Shown: positions 9,216 to 19,543, counted from the first letter of the stretch. The stretch is DNA of 48,777 bases from Bacteroidota bacterium (GCA_041175425.1 JBEDEY010000277.1:1-48777), one strand, 5' to 3'. Made by a program: numbers and translations. Notes: generated by a model from the sequence alone, not told the origin.

Positions 9216-10487
9216 TTAAATGTGATCAAAGCCTAAGTAAGGATGCAATACTTTCGGCATTCGGATCCCATCAGGACCCTGATTATTTTCGAGGATCGAT
9301 GCTACTATTCGAGGCAAGGCGAGCGCACTACCATTTAGTGTATGTGCCAATTGGGATTTTTTATCCTCTCCCTTGAACCGTAGCTTCAGACGGTTTGCTT
9401 GATAGGTTTCAAAATTGGACACCGAACTCACTTCCAACCAGCGTTCTTGTGCCGCCGAATACACCTCCATGTCATAGGTCATGGCTGAAGTAAAGCCCAT
9501 ATCTCCTCCACAAAGTCGAAGCACACGGTAAGGCAATTCCAACTGCTGCAACAAGCCTTGGACGTAGCTACTCATTTGTTCTAGGGCCTCATAGGAATGG
9601 TCTGGATGCGTGATTTGGACAACTTCGACCTTGTCAAACTGATGTAATCGATTCAAGCCACGAACATGTGCTCCCCAAGAACCGGCTTCCCTTCTAAAGC
9701 AAGGAGTGTAGCCCACATTTTTTATTGGGAGGTCGGAGACATTCACCAGCACATCGCGGTAAAGATTGGTAATCGGCACCTCTGCTGTTGGAATCAAGTA
9801 AAGCTTGTCCTCAGTAGCATAATACATCTGCCCTTCCTTGTCTGGAAGCTGCCCTGTGCCATAGCCGGAATCCTCATTCACCAAGATCGGGGGCTGTACC
9901 TCCATGTACCCAGCCGCTAAGGCTTGATCCAAGAAAAAGTTGATTAACGCACGCTGCAACCTTGCCCCTTTTCCTTTGTACACCGGGAATCCTGCCCCAG
10001 CTATCTTCACTCCCAAGTCAAAATCAATGATGTCGTATTTCTTAATCAATTCCCAATGAGGCAATTTGCCTTCAGGTAGGGTTGGAATCTCGCCATGTGT
10101 GAGGACTATCTCATTGTCTTCTGCAGATTTTCCTGCAGGAACTGCTTCGTGAGGCACATTCGGAAGGGTGTACAGCAAGGCCTTCAGTTCTTCTTCTGCC
10201 TGCTCATGCTGCTCCTCGAGTTCTTTGATTTGTGCCTTCAACACTGCAGATCTATCTCGAACAGCTGTTGCTTCCTCAGGCTTGCCCTCCTTCATCAAGA
10301 TTCCAATTTCCTTCGAAATTGTATTGGCTTCAGCCTGAAGCTGGTCTCGCTGGGTTTGGGAAGACTTTCTCAGTTCATCCAAGGCAAGCACCTGTTGCAA
10401 AGCGGCATCTGCATGCGCTAGGTTTCTTTTTTTGAGACCAAGGAGTACTTGGTCGTAATGATCACGGATATGTTGTACTAAAAGCAT
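9216..10487 (-). CDS. serS: Serine--tRNA ligase
   Basis: N-terminal coiled coil, LIPTAEVP, FRREAGS, RLHQFDKVE, EVSSVSNF, HTLNGSALA. Confidence 0.97.
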   Translation of the reverse strand: MLLVQHIRDHYDQVLLGLKKRNLAHADAALQQVLALDELRKSSQTQRDQLQAEANTISKEIGILMKEGKPEEATAVRDRSAVLKAQIKELEEQHEQAEEELKALLYTLPNVPHEAVPAGKSAEDNEIVLTHGEIPTLPEGKLPHWELIKKYDIIDFDLGVKIAGAGFPVYKGKGARLQRALINFFLDQALAAGYMEVQPPILVNEDSGYGTGQLPDKEGQMYYATEDKLYLIPTAEVPITNLYRDVLVNVSDLPIKNVGYTPCFRREAGSWGAHVRGLNRLHQFDKVEVVQITHPDHSYEALEQMSSYVQGLLQQLELPYRVLRLCGGDMGFTSAMTYDMEVYSAAQERWLEVSSVSNFETYQANRLKLRFKGEDKKSQLAHTLNGSALALPRIVASILENNQGPDGIRMPKVLHPYLGFDHI

Positions 10488-10510
10488 GGTCTACTAGAGA
10501 TTTAATCGTC

Positions 10511-10518
10511 CAAAGATA
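10511..10518 (-). promoter_or_regulatory. -7 promoter element for serS
   Basis: TATCTTTG on the minus strand, 23 nt upstream of the serS ATG. Confidence 0.55.
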
Positions 10519-10523
10519 AGGAC

Positions 10524-11294
10524 TTATCGGACATAGATGGTCTTGGTAATGCTAGAGAAAGGACCTTCCAATTCTTTGTTCGAAGTGCGCAGGAGCTGAA
10601 CTTTTACCTGGTAATCGCCCACCGGAAGATTCGAAACGCGTAAGGGAACCAATTGATTCGTCTCTGTTTGGTATGCATTCACCCAAATTTTGATTTTCAA
10701 ACCATCCAACTTCAAATCTCCCCCTAACACGAGAAAATCCAAAATCAAATCTTCGCCATGAGGAATGATTTGCTCATTTGTTGGCAAGTTGATGGCTAGG
10801 TAAGGTTCGGCAGAATACGGAAAGGGACGGGAATCGCCTACCAAAAAGTCTCGATCGAGGTAATTCCCGAAATTTTTTAAGGATAACCCCTTTTGATCTA
10901 CCAAAAAAGCAACAGTTCTGTAGGTGCCTCGGGCTAGTTCTCGCTGAAATATAGGTGCTGAAAACCCTTCTGGATCGCCTCCATTCAAGATCATCACCAG
11001 TCGTGGCGCTGCTACTCCCTTCGTTTTTAGGGAAAAATTCTTGATGTTGAACTCAAATGGGACTTTTCCCGGCTTAAAAACCTGGTTGCTCAAAGGGGTA
11101 TTGAGCTCTAGAATTGCATCTGGAAAAAAAGAAAGGGAGTCTACCGGGGCAAACGTGACTGGCAGCGGGGTAACTTCGGGTAAAGCGGTCGTTCCCTCCT
11201 CCACAGTTGGCGATTCTTTGGTTTCCTTTTGGCCTGAGGAACAAGAAATAACCCATAAACTGACAATCAGTAGGGAAATCTGGATTTTATTCAT
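10524..11294 (-). CDS. Hypothetical lipoprotein with two apparent beta-sandwich repeats
   Basis: Lipobox WVISC, Pro/Thr-rich linker, and two similar beta-rich halves. Confidence 0.7.
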   Translation of the reverse strand: MNKIQISLLIVSLWVISCSSGQKETKESPTVEEGTTALPEVTPLPVTFAPVDSLSFFPDAILELNTPLSNQVFKPGKVPFEFNIKNFSLKTKGVAAPRLVMILNGGDPEGFSAPIFQRELARGTYRTVAFLVDQKGLSLKNFGNYLDRDFLVGDSRPFPYSAEPYLAINLPTNEQIIPHGEDLILDFLVLGGDLKLDGLKIKIWVNAYQTETNQLVPLRVSNLPVGDYQVKVQLLRTSNKELEGPFSSITKTIYVR

Positions 11295-11370
11295 GGAATC
11301 GCATCAATTGAGGTTAAAGATATTTATTTTTGAAGAATTTAAAGAAAGCACCACTTAATCTACCGCATCT

Positions 11371-12348
11371 ATGGAAATTTTGTTTGATGAAATTCCGAGT
11401 TTGGATTTAGCCGATTTCACTGCTGGCAGTCCTGAAAAAAAGGCCGAGTTTGTTCGCAAGCTTGGAGAAGCTTACCAGAACATAGGATTTGTTGCCATCA
11501 AAAACCATGGGTTAAGCAAGGAACTCCAAGATCGACTTTATTCCTCAATTACTACGTTTTTTTCACTGCCAGATGCAGTAAAGTCGCAGTATGAAAAACC
11601 AGAAATCGGCTACCAAAGAGGGTATACTGGCAAGGGGAAAGAGCATGCCAAAGGAAGAAATACAGGAGACTTGAAGGAGTTTTACCATGTAGGGCAGGAC
11701 CTTGCCGCTATTCCAGATAATGACCCCATCAAATCCGAGTATCCAGCCAACTGTTGGCCACAAGAAATCCCCCAATTCAAGGACGATGCATTGGAGGCCT
11801 ACCGAACCTTGGAAAATGCTGGAAAGCAAATGCTGCGGGCGATTGCTCTAAATTTGGACTTAGAGGAGACTTATTTTGAAGACAAGGTAGCCCATGGCAA
11901 TTCCATCCTTCGTCAAATTCATTATTTCCCAATAGAAAATCCTGAGGAAGTACCTGCCGACGCCGTAAGAGCTGCTGAGCATGGCGACATCAACTTGATT
12001 ACCCTATTGATGGGTGCTAGTGCAGATGGCCTTCAAGTACGTCGTAGAGACGGAAAGTGGATTCCTATCACTGCTTTGCCTGACCAATTGGTGGTGAATG
12101 TGGGAGATATGCTGGAGCGTTTCACCAACAAAAAGTTGAAATCTACCATCCACCGTGTTGTCAACCCTCCTCGTGAGAAAATGAATACCAGCAGGTATTC
12201 CATCCCTTTCTTTATGCATCCGCGTTCCGAGATGGATCTCAGCTGTTTGTCCAGCTGTATTTCTGAAGCCCAACCCAAGCAATTTACGGACATTACCGCA
12301 GGTGAGTTTTTGGAAGAAAGGCTACGTGAACTAGGACTTAGAAAATAG
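11371..12348 (+). CDS. 2-oxoglutarate/Fe(II) dioxygenase, isopenicillin N synthase family
   Basis: GFVAIKNHG, HGD (HxD) in AEHGDINLITLL, NVGDML, distal His in STIHRV, and RYS motif. Confidence 0.9.
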   Translation: MEILFDEIPSLDLADFTAGSPEKKAEFVRKLGEAYQNIGFVAIKNHGLSKELQDRLYSSITTFFSLPDAVKSQYEKPEIGYQRGYTGKGKEHAKGRNTGDLKEFYHVGQDLAAIPDNDPIKSEYPANCWPQEIPQFKDDALEAYRTLENAGKQMLRAIALNLDLEETYFEDKVAHGNSILRQIHYFPIENPEEVPADAVRAAEHGDINLITLLMGASADGLQVRRRDGKWIPITALPDQLVVNVGDMLERFTNKKLKSTIHRVVNPPREKMNTSRYSIPFFMHPRSEMDLSCLSSCISEAQPKQFTDITAGEFLEERLRELGLRK

Positions 12349-12349
12349 G

Positions 12350-13549
12350 ATGTCAATTCGGGCGGTCCGATATGTAGTCTTTCTAAAAGATACCTTAACC
12401 CTCTCACTGACCGCTTTTGGTGGCCCACAAGTGCTGCTAGCCATGATGCTAGAGCGGATGGTCAAAAAAAGGGGGTATATCCAGGAGGAGGAACTTTGGG
12501 AATTAAATGCGCTTTGCAGCATGCTCCCCGGTCCCTCCTCCACCCAATTGATTTCTGCCATTGGATTTCGAGTGGGTGGCCCTCGCCTCGCCTACTTGAC
12601 CTTGTTAGTCTGGATACTTCCTGCGACGATTGCGATGATTTTAGCGGCTATCCTCATCCATTTTTTGCAAGAAAGCAGCCCAAAAGCGCTCCAATTCGCC
12701 AAGTTTATCCAGCCCATGGCTATTGGCTTTCTCATTTTTGCTGCGCAAAAAACCATCACGAAGATGATCAAAACTCCCGAAGCCATCGTCTTGATGCTGC
12801 TTTCGGCTTTTGTTTCCTTCTTCTACAGCTCTCCCTATATTTTTCCAGTCATGCTGCTATTGGGAGGGCTCAGCACTTCGATCAAATATAAAAATCAACC
12901 CAAAGTCGAAGAGGACAAATCTTTGCAGATCAAATGGAACAATTTCTACCTCTGGGGAGGGGTATTGATTCTTGCCGCCGTTGCCGGGGCCATTACTAAA
13001 TCGCAGCCTATCTTACTCTTTGAAAATTTTTACCGAAATGGCAGCCTCATTTTCGGAGGGGGACAAGTATTGATCCCTTATTTGTATGCTGAATTCGTGG
13101 ATTTAAAGCAGTTCTTAACCTCTGAAGAATTCCTTACCGGATATGCCCTGTCCCAAGGAATCCCAGGACCCACCTTTTCCATCTCCTCCTACATTGGTGC
13201 GCTTTCCATGCGGGAATTTGGACTGATGGGATTTGTGATGGGAGGACTGATTGCGACGGCAGGGATTTTTCTTCCAGGAATCTTTTTGATATTCTTTGTC
13301 ATTCGATTTTGGGATCAACTCAAGCTATACCGACCCGTTCGAGCCGCTTTAGAAGGGATCAATGCCGTATCTTGTGGGATGTTAATTGCGGGCGCTTACC
13401 TACTTTTCGAACCCTTAGAGGCGAATTTTCTCCATATCTTTTTTATTCTAGGCGCCTATGCCCTCCTCCAATTCACCAAAATATCCTCCCCCATTATCGT
13501 GGTAGGCGGGATTTTATTGGGGATTTTGTTTCAAAACTTCCTAGCCTAG
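12350..13549 (+). CDS. chrA: Chromate ion transporter (CHR family, long chain)
   Basis: Duplicated FGG and PGP motifs (AFGGPQV...LPGPSS and IFGGGQV...IPGPTF); highly hydrophobic. Confidence 0.88.
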   Translation: MSIRAVRYVVFLKDTLTLSLTAFGGPQVLLAMMLERMVKKRGYIQEEELWELNALCSMLPGPSSTQLISAIGFRVGGPRLAYLTLLVWILPATIAMILAAILIHFLQESSPKALQFAKFIQPMAIGFLIFAAQKTITKMIKTPEAIVLMLLSAFVSFFYSSPYIFPVMLLLGGLSTSIKYKNQPKVEEDKSLQIKWNNFYLWGGVLILAAVAGAITKSQPILLFENFYRNGSLIFGGGQVLIPYLYAEFVDLKQFLTSEEFLTGYALSQGIPGPTFSISSYIGALSMREFGLMGFVMGGLIATAGIFLPGIFLIFFVIRFWDQLKLYRPVRAALEGINAVSCGMLIAGAYLLFEPLEANFLHIFFILGAYALLQFTKISSPIIVVGGILLGILFQNFLA

Positions 13550-13627
13550 TTTTTCCAAAAAAAGAAAGGGAACAAGTTCCCCCACAAAAGCGTTTTGTGT
13601 TTTGAATTGATTTCCTAACTTTCATTC

Positions 13628-14293
13628 ATGCTAGCTGCAGATTTTATCCATCCTCTCATTCCATCTATCAAAATCTCTGAACCTGTTGGTTTGGCTCTAA
13701 AGAAAATGGAAGCACTTGAGCTTACTACGCTACCCGTAGTGGAGGGAGGGGTGTTTTTAGGATTTGTAGCAGATGAGATTCTCCTAGAGCAAGATCATTT
13801 AGACATTCAGATTGCTCAGGTAGAACTTGAATGTGCTTCCTGCTGGGTGTATGCAGACCAGCACCTATATGATGTACTTCGCGTGGCGGGGGAGCATCAA
13901 TCCAAATGGGTGGCGGTGATCGAGCGAGACCAGCAATACCTCGGAGTCGTACCTACTCAGGATGCACTGAATGCCTATGCTGATAATTTGTCTATTCAAT
14001 CCCAAGGCAGTGTTTTGGTCATCTCCTTGCAGATGAAAGACTTCCAACTTTCTGAAATTTCCCGACTTATCGAAGCAGAAAATACCAAAATTTTAAGTTG
14101 CCAACTTTTCACCGACCCCTTGGATTCCCAAGCGGTGGAGCTTACCCTCAAGTTAGACAAGCCAGATACCCGCCATGTAATGGCCACTTTACTACGATTT
14201 GGATACCAGGTCAAAGACTTCGCCCAAGAGGAAGTTGGACAGAGCTCAGATGAGGAACGCATTGGTAATTTGTTGCGGTTTTTAGACATTTAG
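13628..14293 (+). CDS. CBS-domain protein with C-terminal ACT-like domain
   Basis: LPVVEGGVFLGFV and YLGVV CBS pair; typical Bacteroidota position before NAD kinase. Confidence 0.8.
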   Translation: MLAADFIHPLIPSIKISEPVGLALKKMEALELTTLPVVEGGVFLGFVADEILLEQDHLDIQIAQVELECASCWVYADQHLYDVLRVAGEHQSKWVAVIERDQQYLGVVPTQDALNAYADNLSIQSQGSVLVISLQMKDFQLSEISRLIEAENTKILSCQLFTDPLDSQAVELTLKLDKPDTRHVMATLLRFGYQVKDFAQEEVGQSSDEERIGNLLRFLDI

Positions 14294-14295
14294 AA

Positions 14296-15171
14296 ATGAG
14301 GGTTGCAATCCATGGATTATCCTTAAAGGCAGAATTTTTACCCATTCTTTGGGGTCTTTTTGAAAAACTGCAATCACTAGGGGTGTCAATCTGCTTGACC
14401 CCAATTTTGGATCAGCAGCTACGGCAGCTCAGCCCATCCTCCCCTGCCTATCAAATCCTCCATCGTCCAGAAGACTTTGATGGGCTAGATTTTTTTCTTT
14501 CCATTGGAGGAGATGGCACCCTGCTTGACTCGGTGTGTATGGTGGGCAAAAAAGAAATTCCGATCCTTGGACTGAATACCGGCAGACTTGGATTTTTGGC
14601 AAATGTGGCCACCGATAAAATCGGAGAAGCCATTGAAGAATTAGCCAAGGGCAATTACCAGATAGAATCCAGGATTCTGCTCTCCTTGAGCAGCTCCAAA
14701 AAGCTATTTCATGGCGTCAATTTTGCTCTAAACGAGTTTACCATCCACAAAAAAGACACCTCATCGATGATCACGGTGCATACCTACATCGACGGGAAGT
14801 ACCTCAATTCATATTGGGCGGATGGTTTAATTGTAGCTACCCCAACTGGATCCACTGGCTATTCCTTAAGTTGTGGCGGACCCTTAATCACTCCTGGGGC
14901 CAAAAATTTTGTAATTACACCCGTAAGTCCACACAACCTGAATGTTCGCCCAATCATCGTGTCTGACGAGTCGGAGATTAGCTTTGAGATAGAAGGCCGT
15001 ACGGATAAGTTTATGATTTCTTTAGACTCTAGGTCCACCTCGATTGCCTCCGAGGTGAAATTAAGCGTAAAAAAGGAAGCATTCTCCGCTAAATTGGTGA
15101 AATTGCCAAGCTATCATTTCTTTGACACCTTACGCCAAAAATTGAATTGGGGTTTGGACTTAAGAAATTGA
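14296..15171 (+). CDS. nadK: NAD kinase
   Basis: GGDGT, GLNTGRLGFL, NE motif, ADGLIVATPTGSTGYSLSCGG. Confidence 0.95.
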   Translation: MRVAIHGLSLKAEFLPILWGLFEKLQSLGVSICLTPILDQQLRQLSPSSPAYQILHRPEDFDGLDFFLSIGGDGTLLDSVCMVGKKEIPILGLNTGRLGFLANVATDKIGEAIEELAKGNYQIESRILLSLSSSKKLFHGVNFALNEFTIHKKDTSSMITVHTYIDGKYLNSYWADGLIVATPTGSTGYSLSCGGPLITPGAKNFVITPVSPHNLNVRPIIVSDESEISFEIEGRTDKFMISLDSRSTSIASEVKLSVKKEAFSAKLVKLPSYHFFDTLRQKLNWGLDLRN

Positions 15172-15262
15172 TTGGTATGCCTTTACAAGCTTAACAATTA
15201 TTAACCCCCTAAATACCAGACCTCGTTTTTTTAGCGTTAGGTAGTTTATAACTTGCATCGTC

Positions 15263-16021
15263 TTGAAAAAGATCAATTTTAAGATTTTAAGATCCTTGGT
15301 ACTGGGTTGTTTCCTAGTATGTAGCCCAGTTGCGATACTTCTTGCACAAAGCTATGAGGTAGGGGGTGGTCTAGGTACTGCTGTCTATTCAGGGGATTTG
15401 CTTCGGAAAATTGATGCTGGCCAATCTGGCCTTCAAGGAACGTTATTTGGCAAGAGAAATTTTGACAATGTTTGGAGCTTAAAAGTAGGAGTCAATCTTG
15501 CGGAGATCATGGCGGCAGATAGCATCAAACCCATCGATGCAATGGCCTCCCTTCGTCAGGGACATTTTACAGGTCGCATCACCGAACTATCTGCAATCAT
15601 GGAGTTCAACTTCCTCGATTATGTCAACCACAAGAGTGAGTTTCGATTTTCGCCCTATGCTTTCTTTGGGATGGGATACGCTTTTGTGAATGCAGAAGGC
15701 CGCATGCATGCTGGAGCCCCTGTAGAAAACTACCAAACTAGAACCCTGGTCATCCCATTTGGGGGAGGGCTTAAGTTTCTACTCACGAACCAGCTCACCT
15801 TAGGCATGGAACTCGGCTTTCGCCCAACCACCTCAGATGCATTGGATCAACTGAGTAGCCCGCTTCCTGCAGTTCCACGGTACGATACTCCCCTAGGTCC
15901 AGACACCAAAGCGCTTCCTCAAAGCCTGAATTTTGGAAACCCCAATACCAAGGATTGGTACTATTTTCTTGGGGTTACGGTCAGCTATACCCTCACCAAA
16001 GCCAGGTGCTATACCTATTAA
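15263..16021 (+). CDS. porG: Outer-membrane beta-barrel, PorG/DUF6089-like (type IX secretion-associated)
   Basis: Signal peptide, YSGDL, EFNF, PFGGGLK, GNPNTKDWYYFLG, and position before uppS; TTG start. Confidence 0.65.
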   Translation: MKKINFKILRSLVLGCFLVCSPVAILLAQSYEVGGGLGTAVYSGDLLRKIDAGQSGLQGTLFGKRNFDNVWSLKVGVNLAEIMAADSIKPIDAMASLRQGHFTGRITELSAIMEFNFLDYVNHKSEFRFSPYAFFGMGYAFVNAEGRMHAGAPVENYQTRTLVIPFGGGLKFLLTNQLTLGMELGFRPTTSDALDQLSSPLPAVPRYDTPLGPDTKALPQSLNFGNPNTKDWYYFLGVTVSYTLTKARCYTY

Positions 16022-16102
16022 TTAATTGGGTAGAGGGAATATTTATTGAAAAAGAAATCCCATTTTTGTACCTCCAAAAAAGTAGGTATTCCAGCCGCTG
16101 AA

Positions 16103-16840
16103 ATGAAGGAAAATATAGACCGAAACAACTTACCAAAGCACATTGCCATCATCATGGATGGGAACGGACGCTGGGCCAAAAAGCAAGGGGCCATGCGGAT
16201 ATTTGGTCATCGTAATGCAATCCAGGCAGTACGGGATTCTATTGAGGGAGCCGGGGAAATAGGAATTCAACACCTGACTTTATTCTCCTTCTCTACCGAG
16301 AATTGGTCTCGGCCCCAAGATGAGATTCAAGCGCTGATGCAATTGCTCGTAGAGACCATTGTATCTGAAATGCCCCGAGTGATGAAAAATAACGTCCGAT
16401 TGAACACCATCGGAGACATAAAAAGCTTACCTACCTCTACCTACGAAAAATTGATCGAGGCCGTGCAGCAAACAGCATCCAACACAGGTCTTACTGTACA
16501 TTTTGCTTTGAGCTACAGTGGACAATGGGAACTGACTGAGGCGGCCAAACGCATTGCTCAAAAAGTCTCTGAAGGCAAATTAAGCCCAGAGGAAATTACA
16601 AATGCCACGCTAGCGGCTCATTTGGATACTGCAGGAATCCCTGATCCAGAATTGATGATTCGTACGAGTGGTGAGTTTAGAATTAGTAATTTCTTGCTCT
16701 GGCAACTGGCTTACACCGAACTGTATTTTTCAGACGTGTTGTGGCCTGATTTTAGAAAAGAACACCTGTTTGCCGCGATTGAAGATTACCAAAAGAGAGA
16801 AAGAAGGTTTGGAAAAACCGGTGAGCAAGTTAAACCCTAA
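16103..16840 (+). CDS. uppS: Undecaprenyl diphosphate synthase (isoprenyl transferase)
   Basis: HIAIIMDGNGRWA, FSTENWSRP, IRTSGEFRISNFLLWQ; start revised to the ATG at 16103. Confidence 0.95.
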   Translation: MKENIDRNNLPKHIAIIMDGNGRWAKKQGAMRIFGHRNAIQAVRDSIEGAGEIGIQHLTLFSFSTENWSRPQDEIQALMQLLVETIVSEMPRVMKNNVRLNTIGDIKSLPTSTYEKLIEAVQQTASNTGLTVHFALSYSGQWELTEAAKRIAQKVSEGKLSPEEITNATLAAHLDTAGIPDPELMIRTSGEFRISNFLLWQLAYTELYFSDVLWPDFRKEHLFAAIEDYQKRERRFGKTGEQVKP

Positions 16841-16846
16841 GTATTA

Positions 16847-19543
16847 ATGAAAAGAAGTATACTCATTCTGTTTTGTTTGATTTGGTCGGCAAGTTCTATG
16901 GCGCAAATCCGTTTGGGCCAAAGTCGCTATGCCTCCTCCAAGCCAGTCAACATTCTGGAATTGAACTATGCAAAGCCCCAAAAATTTAGAATCGCTGAGA
17001 TTAAGGCGGTTGGGCTTTCTACCCTAGATGAAGTAGCCATCATTTCCTTGTCGGGATTGAAAGTAGACGATCGAATCGAAGTGCCTGGCGATGCTATTTC
17101 TGGCGCACTCAAAAAACTATGGGGCCAAGGCATCATCGGAGATGTCAAAATTTTGGTCACCAAAATTGAAGGGGAGGACATCTACCTGCTTCTTGATCTG
17201 ACCGAAAGACCACGATTTTCCCGTGTCGAATTTGAAGGAATCAACAAAACCCAAGAGGGTGAATTAAGAGATAAGGTAAACATTCGGGGTCGTGTTGTGC
17301 GTGATGACGTACTCAATACCGCCAAACGAAATATTGAAAAATATTACCTCGACAAAGGCTACCTCAACACGGATGTAAAAATCATCCAAGATCGCGATAC
17401 CACCCTTCCCAATAGTGTGAAGCTACGATTCGATATCGATCCTAAATCCAAGGTGAAAATCAATGAGATTGCCTTTTATGGCAATGATGAAATCAGCGAT
17501 CGTGCGCTGAAGGGAAAGATGAAGAAAACCAAGGAGCATGCGCGCGTATCCATCTTTAAGGATGTCTACAGCCGATTGCTTGATGCAGATAAAGAAAGTA
17601 TTACCCGATCCCTCCTTTCCAGTCAGGTGGTGACCTCAGAGCAGGCAAATTCCTACATCAACAAAAATTTCAAGCTCAATTTCTTTAATGGATCCAAGTA
17701 CAATCCCAAAGAATACAGAAGCGACAAGGAAAAAGCAATCTCCTTTTACAACAGCAAAGGATTCCGTGATGCCAAGATCCTAGAGGATTCGATCTACAAA
17801 TTCAGCGAAGACAAGATCAACATTGACATCTCACTAGTGGAGGGCAAAAAATACTTTTACCGCAACATCACCTTTACGGGCAACTACATCCACGAAGATG
17901 ATGTACTACTTGCCAAATTAGGCATCCAAAAGGGGGATGTGTACGACAAAGAAACTTTAGACAAGCGTCTCAACTACGATCCTCAAAAAGGGGATGATGT
18001 GAGCTCTTTGTATCAGGACAATGGGTACCTGTTTTTTAACATTGATCCAGTAGAAATCAATGTAACCGGAGACTCGATTGACCTCGAAATGCGAATTTTC
18101 GAAGGGCCTCAAGTCACCGTAAACAGTGTAGGGATCAAAGGCAATGACCGAACCTCTGACCACGTTGTCATGCGTGAGATCCGTATTCTCCCTGGACAAA
18201 AATTCAACCGAAGCTTACTGGTACGTACCATCCGTGAACTTTCTACGCTCGGGTATTTTGACCCTGAAAAAATCAATCCAGACCTTCGTCCCAACTTTGA
18301 GAGTGCGACGGTAGACATTACATTCGAGTTGGTTGAACGACCAAACGATCAGATTGAGCTATCTGGTGGCTGGGGTGGATTCTTTGGATTTGTGGGCACC
18401 GTAGGCTTGGTGTTCAACAACTTCTCCATCAAAAATATTGGTGATTTTAAGAAGTGGGATCCACTTCCGGTAGGTGATGGACAAAAGCTATCGCTCCGTG
18501 TACAGGCCAATGGGCAGGCATTCCAAAACTACTCGCTCTCCTTGAGTGAGCCTTGGTTTGGTGGCAAAAAGCCAAATTCCCTAAGCTTTGCTTTCAACCA
18601 TTCTGTACAACGACAGGTGAATTATTTCGCCCAAAATCAAAGTGCAAGTGATTTAGGGTTTTTCAAAATCACAGGGGTGACACTAGGCCTTTCCAAACGA
18701 ATCACCTGGCCGGATGATTACTTCAGTATCAGTAACTCCCTACAGTTCCAGAATTACGAATTCAACCAATTTGGAACTTCTTTTGGTTTGAGCTATCCTA
18801 CTGGTATCTCTAAAAGTGTGGTACTCAATACTACAGTCGCGCGAAATAACGTGGACAACACCATCTATCCACGACAAGGGTCCAATATCATCATGTCGAT
18901 GAATTTGACTCCTCCTTATGCCTCATTAAATAAGTCACTGAACGACGAGTCTGGAGATCAGGAGAAATACAAATGGCTCGAATACCACAAGTGGATGCTT
19001 GATGCCTCCTTCTATACCCCTCTCTTTGGATCTTCCAAGTTTGTAGCAAGTGCACGTGCACACATGGGTTTCCTAGGCTCATACGGCAACAAGATCGGCA
19101 TCATTCCTTTGGAGCGTTTTGTGATGGGTGGAGATGGAATGAACTTTAACAACTTTGCACTCGGTCAAGAGATTGTAGGTTTGAGAGGATACGAAAATCA
19201 AACCATCACCCCAGGTAGAAGTACACGAGGCACTGCTGATCCTGATCCTTATGGAGGAGTTGTATACAATAAATATGTAATGGAACTTCGATTCCTAGTA
19301 TCTCCTAACCCTTCTGCAACCATCTTCTTACTTACTTTTGCAGAGGCAGGAAACAACTGGGGAGATTACAAAGATTTCAACCCTTACGACCTTAAAAAGT
19401 CGGCCGGTGTGGGTGCTCGGATTTTCATGCCTGCCTTCGGTCTACTGGGAGTGGATTGGGGATATGGATTTGATGCCATCCCAGGTACGCTTGAGCGAAG
19501 TGGTCCTCAGTTCCACTTTACAATTGGGCAACAGTTCAGATAA
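16847..19543 (+). CDS. bamA: Outer membrane protein assembly factor BamA
   Basis: POTRA repeats, LRGYE motif, C-terminal barrel ending FHFTIGQQFR; synteny with uppS and ompH. Confidence 0.93.
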   Translation: MKRSILILFCLIWSASSMAQIRLGQSRYASSKPVNILELNYAKPQKFRIAEIKAVGLSTLDEVAIISLSGLKVDDRIEVPGDAISGALKKLWGQGIIGDVKILVTKIEGEDIYLLLDLTERPRFSRVEFEGINKTQEGELRDKVNIRGRVVRDDVLNTAKRNIEKYYLDKGYLNTDVKIIQDRDTTLPNSVKLRFDIDPKSKVKINEIAFYGNDEISDRALKGKMKKTKEHARVSIFKDVYSRLLDADKESITRSLLSSQVVTSEQANSYINKNFKLNFFNGSKYNPKEYRSDKEKAISFYNSKGFRDAKILEDSIYKFSEDKINIDISLVEGKKYFYRNITFTGNYIHEDDVLLAKLGIQKGDVYDKETLDKRLNYDPQKGDDVSSLYQDNGYLFFNIDPVEINVTGDSIDLEMRIFEGPQVTVNSVGIKGNDRTSDHVVMREIRILPGQKFNRSLLVRTIRELSTLGYFDPEKINPDLRPNFESATVDITFELVERPNDQIELSGGWGGFFGFVGTVGLVFNNFSIKNIGDFKKWDPLPVGDGQKLSLRVQANGQAFQNYSLSLSEPWFGGKKPNSLSFAFNHSVQRQVNYFAQNQSASDLGFFKITGVTLGLSKRITWPDDYFSISNSLQFQNYEFNQFGTSFGLSYPTGISKSVVLNTTVARNNVDNTIYPRQGSNIIMSMNLTPPYASLNKSLNDESGDQEKYKWLEYHKWMLDASFYTPLFGSSKFVASARAHMGFLGSYGNKIGIIPLERFVMGGDGMNFNNFALGQEIVGLRGYENQTITPGRSTRGTADPDPYGGVVYNKYVMELRFLVSPNPSATIFLLTFAEAGNNWGDYKDFNPYDLKKSAGVGARIFMPAFGLLGVDWGYGFDAIPGTLERSGPQFHFTIGQQFR

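Noticed and set aside
9146-9376. 76-aa ORF with repeated VDRGL
   Set aside because: It starts at a TTG inside the terminator, simply translates the DNA tandem repeat, and runs antisense into serS.
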